Shown: one piece after another, positions 17,314-26,183 of the stretch | Numbering within the stretch: position 1 is the first letter of the stretch | Layout of the letters: every line of letters starts with the position of its first letter | From: a virus | Lineage: Duplodnaviria > Heunggongvirae > Uroviricota > Caudoviricetes > Straboviridae | IMG/VR virus record: IMGVR_UViG_2974587864_000001 | Direction: 5' to 3' (one strand) | Length of the DNA: 64,000 nt | Notes under the pieces: model-generated | What the model saw: only the letters and a program-made list of their open reading frames with translations | Told to the model about the DNA's origin: nothing | The model's database searches: none | Made by a program: the position numbers and the translations under genes

Positions 17314-17706
17314 ATGGGTGTTAACCTTCGCTTACTGTATAGCGATATCGATCCCAACTTAACAAAAGACTGGAACAATGACGTAACCGCCTCGAAAGGG
17401 GCGGCAGCGGTAAAGAATAGTCTGATCGGTATCGTAACAACACAAAAAGGCACACGGCCTTTCGATAGCAACTTTGGTTGTGAGATCGGGGAACAGATTT
17501 TCGAGAACATGAACCCGCTAACAGCGGAAGCAGTAAGGACTTCGATTGTCTCCGCGATCCGCGCATACGAACCCCGTGTTTACAATCTGGATGTTGAAGT
17601 GATTCCGCAGTATGACGAAAACGCAATCACCGTGACGATTTACTACAGCATCATTGATGAACCGGAAGAAGTAGAAAGAATCAAACTCCAGCTATCATCC
17701 TCATAA
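17314..17706 (+). CDS. 25: baseplate wedge subunit (T4 gp25 homolog)
   Basis: LYSDIDPNLTKDWNNDV...KNSLIGIVTTQKGTRPFDSNFGCEIGEQIFENMNPLTAE...IKLQLSSS parallels T4 gp25 nearly colinearly. Confidence 0.85.
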   Translation: MGVNLRLLYSDIDPNLTKDWNNDVTASKGAAAVKNSLIGIVTTQKGTRPFDSNFGCEIGEQIFENMNPLTAEAVRTSIVSAIRAYEPRVYNLDVEVIPQYDENAITVTIYYSIIDEPEEVERIKLQLSSS

Positions 17707-17731
17707 CAAAAAGCCCCGAAAGGGGCTTTTC
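17707..17731. terminator. bidirectional rho-independent terminator between convergent genes
   Basis: AAAAAGCCCCGAAAGGGGCTTTTC. Confidence 0.65.
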
Positions 17732-18229
17732 TTATTCCATCACGATCCAGCCCATTAGCTGTTGATATCGCAATTCGAACGGGGTGATGAAAGAGCGGTT
17801 ATTGATAACCTTCGTCCCGTTGTAGGACTTAATCACTTCCTCACCACGAAGCACATATTCATATACTTCGTCCATAGTGTCGTAACGCACTTCTTCGACT
17901 TCGAAGCAGAAGTTGGAATATTCAATCATTCCGATCTTGTTCGCGTAACGGCGTTCGATGCAGCCCTGTTTTTCAATCTGAGTGATCGCAGTATCAATGA
18001 ACTGCGCAAGTGCTTGCATGAAATTACCACATTCGACTTCACGACCCCCGCTTGAGATAGCCAGGTAAACGCGGCTCAATCCATCATTGCCGATGTAACC
18101 GATACAGTCACCGCCAATATAGACAGACCAGACTTTACCCATCGGCCCCATACCCATACGATTCTCACTACGAGAAACACCTTTCAGTAACAGTGCCATG
18201 ATACCGCCGCGAACGTAATTCATTTTCAT
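17732..18229 (-). CDS. hypothetical protein (165 aa)
   Basis: ORF. Confidence 0.5.
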   Translation of the reverse strand: MKMNYVRGGIMALLLKGVSRSENRMGMGPMGKVWSVYIGGDCIGYIGNDGLSRVYLAISSGGREVECGNFMQALAQFIDTAITQIEKQGCIERRYANKIGMIEYSNFCFEVEEVRYDTMDEVYEYVLRGEEVIKSYNGTKVINNRSFITPFELRYQQLMGWIVME

Positions 18230-18239
18230 GATAAGCCCC

Positions 18240-18470
18240 TTATTTTTTCAGGTTGATTAACCAAGATGGTTGGGTTTCTAAACTAACCGCTTTCCAAGCA
18301 TATGCAACACTATAACCGGAATACGTCTGACATACAACAGCATTTTCATTTAAATATTTCACTTTGTGATCTGCCTCTTGTTCATCCAGGGCAGCACACA
18401 CGATATTCTTTTCATACACTCCGCCGTTTGGCTGGATAATGGTTTCTTCAATCAGATAAACGCTGTTCAT
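18240..18470 (-). CDS. hypothetical protein (76 aa)
   Basis: ORF. Confidence 0.5.
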   Translation of the reverse strand: MNSVYLIEETIIQPNGGVYEKNIVCAALDEQEADHKVKYLNENAVVCQTYSGYSVAYAWKAVSLETQPSWLINLKK

Positions 18471-18682
18471 GCTAATTCCTTCTCGATTGCTTCGATGATG
18501 TGGAGAACGTAACCGTTCAGTTCTTTTGCTTTATCAGCGGCTTCAACCATACCGTAACGAGGAACTTCTAAAACGTTCGCACCTTCGAGCAGGTTGCTTT
18601 CGATGTCTACGATTACGTAGCTCTCACCGATTACTGCGCCTTTTCTCCAGTCTTTTACGAACTTCACCATTTTAGCTTTCAT
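18467..18682 (-). CDS. hypothetical protein (71 aa)
   Basis: ATG 18682 preceded by AAGGAACGAG RBS within conserved leader; track start 18739 lies inside the leader/promoter. Confidence 0.55.
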   Translation of the reverse strand: MKAKMVKFVKDWRKGAVIGESYVIVDIESNLLEGANVLEVPRYGMVEAADKAKELNGYVLHIIEAIEKELA

Positions 18683-18760
18683 GTTCTCGTTCCTTTTGGC
18701 TGTTCCGTTTCGATATGTGTAATATAACAAAGCCCTCACGCGAACGCAAGGGCTTTTTTG
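18683..18760 (-). promoter_or_regulatory. stem-loop + TGTTATATT extended -10 + conserved leader cassette (PeSL-like)
   Basis: minus-strand reading: GCCCTTGCGTTCGCGTGAGGGC-TTTGTTATATTACACATATCGAAACGGAACAG..AAGGAACGAGAAC-ATG. Confidence 0.5.
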
Positions 18761-18762
18761 GA

Positions 18763-19416
18763 TTAACTGAATTTATTATAGAGAGTGAAATTAATCCCTA
18801 TAGAATTCAATGCTTTACATGTTGCATCAAGATCGGTTGGTTCGATTTCGATGATGTATTTCAACGCTGTGTTTACTGGAATGGTTTCTGGTTCTTCGAA
18901 AGATGCCAGGGTTGGCGCTTTCACCGTTTCTGGTTCAGCAAGCGCGGTTTTCTTTACGTCAAACGCTTCTTTGAACTTGTTGATCCTTTTTAGCAGATCA
19001 TCAATCAATTCGATGTTGGCTCCGTCGAATTGTTTGGTTTGTTCCAGCATACTCGTAATCTTTCCGTATGTAGTGCGTCTGGTTTGTTCCGTGTAATTCC
19101 CTACTTCATAACGGTCGATCCGGTCGATGATTGCCCGAACATGTCCAAGATTCGCGCGATCGAAATACGCAATCAACTTAGATTTTCTGAACACGAACAT
19201 ATATGGAGCATTACCGACAATGTAATGAGTTGCCGTTAGACCAAAACTAGGATCGATCAGAATTTTAACCGTGTTGAAATACGGGATTAAATTTATTTCA
19301 CGTTCAGGCAAACGGAAAACTTCATCTTTAAAGTTCTTCCCAATCCGGTCGATCTCTTCCAGAGTTTTACCCATCATCGACGAAATTATTTCAATTTTTT
19401 TAGATACATAAGCCAT
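18763..19416 (-). CDS. hypothetical protein (217 aa)
   Basis: ORF. Confidence 0.5.
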   Translation of the reverse strand: MAYVSKKIEIISSMMGKTLEEIDRIGKNFKDEVFRLPEREINLIPYFNTVKILIDPSFGLTATHYIVGNAPYMFVFRKSKLIAYFDRANLGHVRAIIDRIDRYEVGNYTEQTRRTTYGKITSMLEQTKQFDGANIELIDDLLKRINKFKEAFDVKKTALAEPETVKAPTLASFEEPETIPVNTALKYIIEIEPTDLDATCKALNSIGINFTLYNKFS

Positions 19417-19434
19417 TTTTCAATTCTCATTTAA

Positions 19435-19725
19435 TTAATGCATAAAAGATTTGACGTACTTCACGATTTCTTCACGACACATATCGACCGGAGTATCCTC
19501 AGCAATAGCAGCATGACAGAAGATTTCACCATCCAGCCAGAACGATAGCATGTACTGAATATCCCGACCTTCGTTTTCTTTCTGGTGTTTCTTGATGCGA
19601 TCAAATGCATCATCCATGCTTTCGGTAGCTGTAAGCATTTCAGATTCACCCGCTACAGCAGCCATTTCCCCAGCTTCATCACTGAATTCGCTTTCCAGTT
19701 CTTCCCAGTATAATATCGTTATCAT
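19435..19725 (-). CDS. hypothetical acidic protein (96 aa)
   Basis: ORF. Confidence 0.5.
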   Translation of the reverse strand: MITILYWEELESEFSDEAGEMAAVAGESEMLTATESMDDAFDRIKKHQKENEGRDIQYMLSFWLDGEIFCHAAIAEDTPVDMCREEIVKYVKSFMH

Positions 19726-19858
19726 GGATTACCCCAAACAGATTTTACATTTACAGAGAGGACATTCCGCCTCTTTAACGCGCAAGCGCTTTGTTGCTGT
19801 TCGCTTCGCTGTGTTGTGATCATACACATGCAAACAGCGATAACAGATCACCAATCGT

Positions 19859-20332
19859 TTAGCCGTCATAACCACCACCGCAACGAACATCACCTTCAAT
19901 GAACAGTTCGCGGTTATCTCTCAGGAGATTGTATTTCTTTTCGAGTTCCGGCCCGAATGCGTCCGCGTCGTCATACCAGTCATAGTTATAACTTCCGGTT
20001 TCCTCGTCGTATTCCGGTTCGTCGCCGCACTCATTGAAGTGAACGATTTTAACATCATCCAGATTCAGTTCTTTCAGCTTGTCCCAGATGCGGGTTATTT
20101 CGACGCTATTACATCCGAACGCTTCCAGTGTGATTGTACCGTCATCATGTACTTGAGGAACACCCCAGCGCGGACGATGATGAATTTCGGTGATCATATC
20201 CATCAGCGATTCAACGTTTGACTCACCGTAAATCTTTGCAACTTCCTGTTCTTTACCAGGGCGGACAAGTCCTATCCCGATAATGAAACTACTGCTTGAG
20301 CTATTGCTCACGAACCCAGAACGGATCTTCAT
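19859..20332 (-). CDS. hypothetical protein, paralog B of MKIRSGFVSNSSSSSF family (157 aa)
   Basis: N-terminal 16 aa identical to product of 23770..24282; last gene of vWA operon. Confidence 0.55.
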   Translation of the reverse strand: MKIRSGFVSNSSSSSFIIGIGLVRPGKEQEVAKIYGESNVESLMDMITEIHHRPRWGVPQVHDDGTITLEAFGCNSVEITRIWDKLKELNLDDVKIVHFNECGDEPEYDEETGSYNYDWYDDADAFGPELEKKYNLLRDNRELFIEGDVRCGGGYDG

Positions 20333-20520
20333 CGCCTTGCCTCGTATTTCGCGTTATCTGCGATTTTCTCATGATACAGGTTGTATGACAACACCAGCGG
20401 GATACAAGCTACTATAAGCCCGATGATAGCCAGTTGATATTCGCGTTTATCGAACGCCATGAATGTAATCGTAGCGCCCAGAATAAACACACCTAACGCA
20501 ATGATGAAGAATAATGTCAT
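20329..20520 (-). CDS. small membrane protein (63 aa, two predicted TM helices)
   Basis: LFFIIALGVFILGATITFMAF ... IIGLIVACIPLVLSY. Confidence 0.5.
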   Translation of the reverse strand: MTLFFIIALGVFILGATITFMAFDKREYQLAIIGLIVACIPLVLSYNLYHEKIADNAKYEARR

Positions 20521-21143
20521 TTTGGCAGGGTATCCATTTCACGAGATTTTGCTTTCAGGATGTCAATCACAGTAGTCATCGCCTGTTCTACATCACCATC
20601 ATAGTGAACCAGGAATGTTTTGTGAAGTCCCATGATCAGACGATTGATGATATAAGCCATTTCTGACGGTAACAGTTTACCATTCTGACGATCGTACTTT
20701 CCAAACAAGCGGTAGAGTTCTGCGCTGTTGCCTGGCTTCTCAATGCTGAAATTATGCATCCCAGACAGAATACCATCCAGATACAGAACAGTTTTGTTAT
20801 CACTACGCAGGTGTCCGCCGACCTTGTAGTAGTTGCTGAATACATACGGTTTTTCGCGGATATCTTCGATATCGAAATCACCATGATCTTCGATGTTGCC
20901 AACATGGGCGAAGAAATGATGATCTTCCAGTTCGAGAAGGATTGCACCCTTTTTGTATGGGAATCCGACTAAATCGATCTGCCAGCCATTTTCACCGACA
21001 AAGACATCATCGACAACCACGAAATCCGGCAGCATAGGCGCGTATGCGTGGTTCTTTTCGTTGTTTTCACGATAGGCTTGTGGTTCGGACAGATACAGGA
21101 TATCGCCTTTTACAACTTCACCCCAGAATACGTTACGTGACAT
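20517..21143 (-). CDS. hypothetical protein (208 aa)
   Basis: ATG 21143 with GAGGAAAATAAT spacing (track start 21182 rejected); directly downstream of vWA gene. Confidence 0.5.
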   Translation of the reverse strand: MSRNVFWGEVVKGDILYLSEPQAYRENNEKNHAYAPMLPDFVVVDDVFVGENGWQIDLVGFPYKKGAILLELEDHHFFAHVGNIEDHGDFDIEDIREKPYVFSNYYKVGGHLRSDNKTVLYLDGILSGMHNFSIEKPGNSAELYRLFGKYDRQNGKLLPSEMAYIINRLIMGLHKTFLVHYDGDVEQAMTTVIDILKAKSREMDTLPK

Positions 21144-21184
21144 ATTATTTTCCTCAATATGCCCCCTTTCGGGGGCGGTCATTG

Positions 21185-23431
21185 TTAGATTTTGACTTCT
21201 TTTTCTTCCAGGACGATTTCACATTCGAATGATGTGGTTTCCCAGACTTTCCAGAAATCGGATGGAATATTATCTTCTTTCGGAAGAATATCTTTTGCAG
21301 CGATAGAAACTTTGGTTTCTTCGAAGTCCAGATCCGCGAACCATGCATGGGCTACTACAACACCGTACATTACGCGACTTAAACGGGCATTCAGTTTACG
21401 GACTTCCTGAATCGTTGCCTTTGTCTGCTTATCAAGATACTCGACTACCTGATCTTTGTCAAGCGCATCCAGTTCAGATTTCACCTGATCGTAAGCCCAC
21501 AGGATAATCAGGTCGCCGTTGTTCAGTTTCTTCTTACCTTCTTCACGCTTCGCGACGGTAGCCGCTACAGCAGGAAGGGAGGAAACACCCTTGATTTTCA
21601 CGTTCAGTTCTTTCGACATGTAAACATCAGTCGATTCTGTGCGCTCAACCTTCGGAGAGAACCCGTAATCACGAATACCCTGTTCAGACAGCCATTCACC
21701 CGCAGCCTCACCAAAGCGCTGTTTCAGCCCTTCTGCGTTGCGCAGTCCGATCGCGTTGTCACGGAAGAACTTCATAACCTTCTGACGGCCTTTCAGGATT
21801 TCCAGACGCACGTTATCAGTCACGAACTCTTTACCGCTTAACCCGCGAGTCATGCCACGGTTAACCAGAGGCAGAGAGGTAAAGTCTACCAGAACCGACA
21901 TACGATCATCACCGATTTTTTCCAGCGGCTTGATAGTCAGGCCAGAAGCACGAAGGTTTTTCAGTGTCGGAATATCGGTTTCCAGCGGCAGAACTTTAAC
22001 GTTCACGATACCATCTTTAACGATGGTGAAGTTACGCACCTGCTTAGTTTCGACTTTTTCCGGCAGACCGAATTCTTTCTGTTTGCTTTCTGGGATAGTC
22101 ACATACCCTTCCAGATCCGTGTTGATGGAAATGTTCGGACGGGAACTGTTACCCACCAGATGTTTAACCGATACTTTGGTTGTGGTTTGGGTAAATTTCG
22201 GTGTCCAGACTTCATGCGCTACCATTTGCGCCGCCAGTGCTTTACGTTCTTCTGGGGTTGCAGCGTTTGCGATCTGTTCGGTCAGTTGATCCAGTGTATC
22301 ATCTTCTTTCTGTACAGTCTGACGGCCTGTGCGGTTATACGCCCAGTGCTCAGAAGACAGGTCGATCACTGTGTCAGTTTGTGCCAGCAGTTCGAGCGCA
22401 TCAACCAGAGTAAACGCGTTTTCGTCTGGAACCATGTTGTAATCAATACCATCAACGAAACGCTGTGATGGATCTACAACAGCCTGTGCAATCAGGTCTT
22501 TCGCGTTGGAGTAGTCCTGTTTGGTAAAGCAGTTGTCATACGCTTTGATCAGACGGACATCACCCAGCTTTTGAAGCACTTTCCATGCCAGATCAGGGTT
22601 CATTGTGTGCAGTGCATGATAAAGCACGACATACAGAACTTGCTGTTCGCTGGCGATGTTCGGATCGAATCCGTCAACATCATTAATCGCGTTTTCACCC
22701 AGCGCCCAGATGTTTTTGATGTGTTCTGGAACCAGCACAACACCGTTTGCAGCGTTCAGGACATACACGCGCCCTTCGTCCAGGTAGATCGCATGGGTAG
22801 CATCAGCAACTTTGACTTCGATACGTGCGGAAGTCTGCGCGGTGATGATTTCGTTAAATGCTGGTTCGTATGCGTCGAAACCTTCAACGAATTTGTGCAA
22901 TGCGTTGGTTGCTTCTGCCATTTTTTCCAGCAGAGGACGGTTTACATAATAACCGTATTCCAGGAACGCGATACTGTTGAAAGTCAGTGGCAGAACCGCA
23001 CACGCTTTCAGAATATCATCGGTACGCCAGCAGTTATCATAACCGTCTGTCAGGAAGATCAGGCTGTTCAGGTTGCCGTTTTCGGATTGCAGGTCGGTAG
23101 CGATTTCCGCAGCCAGATTCAACGGCTCAACAAAGCCAGTGCAACCCGTAGGTTTCAGATAACGGTCGATAGCCGCGCAGATGTTAGACAGGTCAGACAC
23201 ATTGCTAACCTTCTCACCACGGAACACCGTGCCGTAATCGCCTTTGCTGGAGAAGTACAGGATTGAAACGGTATCATCCTGTTTAACCAGACTCGCCAGG
23301 TTTGCTTTCAGATGTTTACGGATCTTAGGCAGTTCGTTATACATTGAACCGGATACGTCACACACGAAAACATGGTTTGTCGGGGTTGGCTTCGATACAG
23401 CGTTTTTGAATTCGATATTTGTGATTGACAT
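21185..23431 (-). CDS. von Willebrand factor A (vWA/MIDAS) domain protein, 748 aa
   Basis: N-terminal VFVCDVSGSMYNELPKI ... DTVSILYFSS ... TGCTGF ... LIFLTDGYDN = DxSxS...T...D MIDAS pattern. Confidence 0.7.
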   Translation of the reverse strand: MSITNIEFKNAVSKPTPTNHVFVCDVSGSMYNELPKIRKHLKANLASLVKQDDTVSILYFSSKGDYGTVFRGEKVSNVSDLSNICAAIDRYLKPTGCTGFVEPLNLAAEIATDLQSENGNLNSLIFLTDGYDNCWRTDDILKACAVLPLTFNSIAFLEYGYYVNRPLLEKMAEATNALHKFVEGFDAYEPAFNEIITAQTSARIEVKVADATHAIYLDEGRVYVLNAANGVVLVPEHIKNIWALGENAINDVDGFDPNIASEQQVLYVVLYHALHTMNPDLAWKVLQKLGDVRLIKAYDNCFTKQDYSNAKDLIAQAVVDPSQRFVDGIDYNMVPDENAFTLVDALELLAQTDTVIDLSSEHWAYNRTGRQTVQKEDDTLDQLTEQIANAATPEERKALAAQMVAHEVWTPKFTQTTTKVSVKHLVGNSSRPNISINTDLEGYVTIPESKQKEFGLPEKVETKQVRNFTIVKDGIVNVKVLPLETDIPTLKNLRASGLTIKPLEKIGDDRMSVLVDFTSLPLVNRGMTRGLSGKEFVTDNVRLEILKGRQKVMKFFRDNAIGLRNAEGLKQRFGEAAGEWLSEQGIRDYGFSPKVERTESTDVYMSKELNVKIKGVSSLPAVAATVAKREEGKKKLNNGDLIILWAYDQVKSELDALDKDQVVEYLDKQTKATIQEVRKLNARLSRVMYGVVVAHAWFADLDFEETKVSIAAKDILPKEDNIPSDFWKVWETTSFECEIVLEEKEVKI

Positions 23432-23770
23432 TTAAATTTTCTCGTATTTGAATTTTTCTAAAATTTCGTTAACTTTATTGCTTACTGCTTCGACTGTACG
23501 ATCACACCCGAACTTACGCGCCAGGAGTTCAACGTATTCATCCATCGTCGTGAGTTTGGATTCTGCAATGTCAAACGCAAGCGCATACATTACTGGATTC
23601 CATACCCGAACGATTTGGAGAGTATACTCGTTCAGTTCAAAACGTTCAAGATATTTTCGCAAAGAAAATACATCAAACGGTGCGGGGCGATCCTGGCTAA
23701 AGGGGATCGAATCCCCTAATGCATAGCGAGGCATAACAACACAGACTTCGGTTTTCAGTTTATTATCCAT
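23432..23770 (-). CDS. hypothetical protein (112 aa)
   Basis: ORF, stop/start overlap with neighbours. Confidence 0.5.
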   Translation of the reverse strand: MDNKLKTEVCVVMPRYALGDSIPFSQDRPAPFDVFSLRKYLERFELNEYTLQIVRVWNPVMYALAFDIAESKLTTMDEYVELLARKFGCDRTVEAVSNKVNEILEKFKYEKI

Positions 23771-24282
23771 CAGTGATGACTCTTTGATGTGTGTTCAAGG
23801 TTACGGAAGATGTTTCCATGTTCCAGTTGAGTTCCGATCGGGCCGCATTCATCGGAGTACGTGAATTCATAGATAAACACGCCGTCCTGATTGCCATACT
23901 TCGCGTTGTACTCTTCATACAACCACATTTTGATCAGAGCGTCTTTCTCTTCTGTTTCCAGATCGTACCAGTCTCGCCCGTCATACGCAAGCGCAATTTG
24001 AGGGTTTGAACGGTAACGGTTTTCCGCGCTTTCTTCGGTTTCCCAGTCATAGCGCTTATCGTCGTAGAACGATTCAAAGCTATTACCCAGATGACCGCCT
24101 AAGTCACGATGAACGTGATTGACCACTTCTTCCGCTGTCAACGGCGGATCGTAGTAACCACAATCAGGGACGCAATCGCCCATCATTTCGCGCAGGTTGT
24201 CGATATTAGTCGGATCTTTCGGGAACCGGACGATGAAACTACTTGATGAACTATTGCTCACAAAACCAGAACGGATTTTCAT
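23770..24282 (-). CDS. hypothetical protein, paralog A of MKIRSGFVSNSSSSSF family (170 aa)
   Basis: N-terminal 16 aa identical to product of 19859..20332. Confidence 0.55.
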   Translation of the reverse strand: MKIRSGFVSNSSSSSFIVRFPKDPTNIDNLREMMGDCVPDCGYYDPPLTAEEVVNHVHRDLGGHLGNSFESFYDDKRYDWETEESAENRYRSNPQIALAYDGRDWYDLETEEKDALIKMWLYEEYNAKYGNQDGVFIYEFTYSDECGPIGTQLEHGNIFRNLEHTSKSHH

Positions 24283-24512
24283 TTTACATCCTCAAATTGT
24301 AAGTTTTCTTTGGTTGCGTTCGCAATGGCTTTTTCGTTGCTCAGTGTTACTATGCGCAGACGTTCGCCAGTAAAGCCGTCGCATTCAGTGATACTCACCC
24401 AGTCAAAAGGTTTAGCCATTTCAATCGCACGTTCCAGCGATACGGTAGAACCGACCAAATCACTAAATGTATAGTAATCTTCGCTTAAACTTTCAACAGT
24501 ATAAATTTTCAT
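24279..24512 (-). CDS. hypothetical protein (77 aa)
   Basis: ORF, ATGA overlap. Confidence 0.5.
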   Translation of the reverse strand: MKIYTVESLSEDYYTFSDLVGSTVSLERAIEMAKPFDWVSITECDGFTGERLRIVTLSNEKAIANATKENLQFEDVK

Positions 24513-24751
24513 GATACTTTACCCTTTGTTTCGGATTTCAGGACGATGTTACTGTAAGGATCTTTTGCTACCAGTTCCCACAGGTCGCCAGGATGTTCCC
24601 CGCTACGGTAGACGGATGAACGGATGATTTCGTTAAACTTGCTCAGGGCTTCGTCGATGTCGTCATACCCGCGTTTGAGGGGCTTACGATTGCAACGAAT
24701 GAAGAACATTTCGTTGGTATTCTCCCCGCGTTCGGCGTTTTTATTTTTCAT
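24509..24751 (-). CDS. hypothetical protein (80 aa)
   Basis: ORF, ATGA overlap. Confidence 0.5.
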   Translation of the reverse strand: MKNKNAERGENTNEMFFIRCNRKPLKRGYDDIDEALSKFNEIIRSSVYRSGEHPGDLWELVAKDPYSNIVLKSETKGKVS

Positions 24752-25020
24752 TCGATCACCATTTTACCAATAACTTCTTCGTAGGTCACAGGGTTCGGTT
24801 CATAACCGTTAGCGCCTATTGTATCGCCTACTCTGTTCCCCACCAATACAGCAACCGCAACTTTCTTACCGTCTTTCCATGCGATGAATTCGAGATCATC
24901 GGCAACATACGGGAAGGTTTCGTGATTGTTCACTGCGTCGATACAGTCCAGAATAGTATCCGATGCGCAAATCAGATTACCAGGCTCACAATCAACAAGA
25001 CATTCAACAGTATAGATCAT
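24748..25020 (-). CDS. hypothetical protein (90 aa)
   Basis: ORF with GAGGAAG RBS. Confidence 0.5.
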   Translation of the reverse strand: MIYTVECLVDCEPGNLICASDTILDCIDAVNNHETFPYVADDLEFIAWKDGKKVAVAVLVGNRVGDTIGANGYEPNPVTYEEVIGKMVIE

Positions 25021-25034
25021 AATAACTTCCTCAC

Positions 25035-25056
25035 GAAAAAAGCCCCTTTCGGGGCT
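25035..25056 (-). terminator. rho-independent terminator (minus strand)
   Basis: GCCCCGAAAGGGGC + TTTTTT on minus strand. Confidence 0.6.
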
Positions 25057-25063
25057 TGATTAA

Positions 25064-25342
25064 TCAGTGTCCGAACACACCACGGATAGACTCTGCGAAA
25101 GCGTACAGTTCAGGGTTTTTCGCTTTCACTGTTTCGATTTGTTCCAGGATGTAATCTGGTTTGTATTTCGCACCGAACCAGCAGTAAGAGAAAGAACGAT
25201 CCCACATGAACACGTTGTAGTATTCACCGTTACGCACTTCAACCATCACGTAACCTGGATTAGAACCCAGCGGGTAATCTTTCAGGAGATTGAATTTCGC
25301 ACCAGCGCCAGTACATCCGTTAAACAGGTCATTAAAAGTCAT
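25064..25342 (-). CDS. hypothetical protein (92 aa)
   Basis: ORF. Confidence 0.5.
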   Translation of the reverse strand: MTFNDLFNGCTGAGAKFNLLKDYPLGSNPGYVMVEVRNGEYYNVFMWDRSFSYCWFGAKYKPDYILEQIETVKAKNPELYAFAESIRGVFGH

Positions 25343-25384
25343 TGGTATGTTCCTTTTCAGTTTCGTTTCAACAAGGCCAATATA

Positions 25385-25600
25385 TTACACTTCGTTAAAC
25401 CATGCAAGATATTTCTTCTCTTGTCTGTTCAAAACGTCATAACAAGAGGCGACACAAACGGTTTCCCACACAACTTCATCGTAAGCATTCACGAAGCGAA
25501 TGATCAGAGTTTTGCCATTAGTCATCAAAGCCGGAGTGAACCCAAGTTCTTTAACCGCTTTTACTTTCTTCTGGAATAACGCTTTAGTCATGTTAGCCAT
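25385..25600 (-). CDS. hypothetical protein (71 aa)
   Basis: ATG 25600 with AAAGGAGG RBS and partial conserved leader (CGAAACAAAGGAGG). Confidence 0.5.
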   Translation of the reverse strand: MANMTKALFQKKVKAVKELGFTPALMTNGKTLIIRFVNAYDEVVWETVCVASCYDVLNRQEKKYLAWFNEV

Positions 25601-25646
25601 TTTGTGCCTCCTTTGTTTCGGTAAAGCTAAGGTATCACTATCCTGG

Positions 25647-26183
25647 TCAGTATGCAATGTTTAATTTTGCAAATTTACCAAAATGTTTTATCGCTTCCCG
25701 ATCGTATGCTTTTGCAGCCTCGTATTCATCACGATAGGAACCGATATGTTTAACCTTACCATCAATCTTTATCTGTGCAATGTAACGTATTCCTGTTGGT
25801 TGATTGCGCACACATACACCCTTGAATCGACTGGTTGCTACTTTTCGTTTAGTTCGGTTCTGGCAGTTTCGAGATTGATCCGCTTCACGCAAGTTGTCAA
25901 TCCCGTCGCCAGCCTCAACACCATTTTTGTGATCAATCACATCAGGCAGTTTTCCGGTTGCAACGTAGTATATGATTCGATGACGTAGATAGTTTTTCCC
26001 ATCAACTTTAAGACGGGTATACCCTTCTTTCATCTTCGTGCCTGGTTCAGTACCGACGAGTGTAGATTTCTTGTGTTTAACCCAAACAATCTTACCCGTC
26101 TGTACGTTTACCGCAACGTTTTCAAGAAGGGCATCAATGCCCCTCTTTTCCTCTTCAATTGTTCTTAACCCGTTATGTGACAT
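25647..26183 (-). CDS. HNH homing-type endonuclease with AP2-like DNA-binding domain
   Basis: HNH_3-like DVIDHKNGV...DNLREADQSRNCQN motif; C-terminal FKGVC...IRYIAQIKIDGKVKHIGSYRDEYEAAKAYDREAIKHFG AP2 signature. Confidence 0.75.
   Translation of the reverse strand: MSHNGLRTIEEEKRGIDALLENVAVNVQTGKIVWVKHKKSTLVGTEPGTKMKEGYTRLKVDGKNYLRHRIIYYVATGKLPDVIDHKNGVEAGDGIDNLREADQSRNCQNRTKRKVATSRFKGVCVRNQPTGIRYIAQIKIDGKVKHIGSYRDEYEAAKAYDREAIKHFGKFAKLNIAY

Noticed and set aside
19726-19858. 133-bp gap with hairpin AGAGGACATTCCGCCTCT and a 17-codon Cys-containing mini-ORF
   Set aside because: No T-run, RBS or conservation evidence. Probably just an intergenic spacer or promoter region for the 96-aa gene.
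22571-23266. 231-aa plus-strand ORF inside the vWA gene, plus other long antisense ORFs (e.g. 60621..61145, 55809..56462, 12530..12862, 13588..13902, 973..1164, 1219..1551)
   Set aside because: They are antisense shadows of well-supported genes, have low-complexity or Cys/Arg-skewed composition, and lack RBS or operon context.
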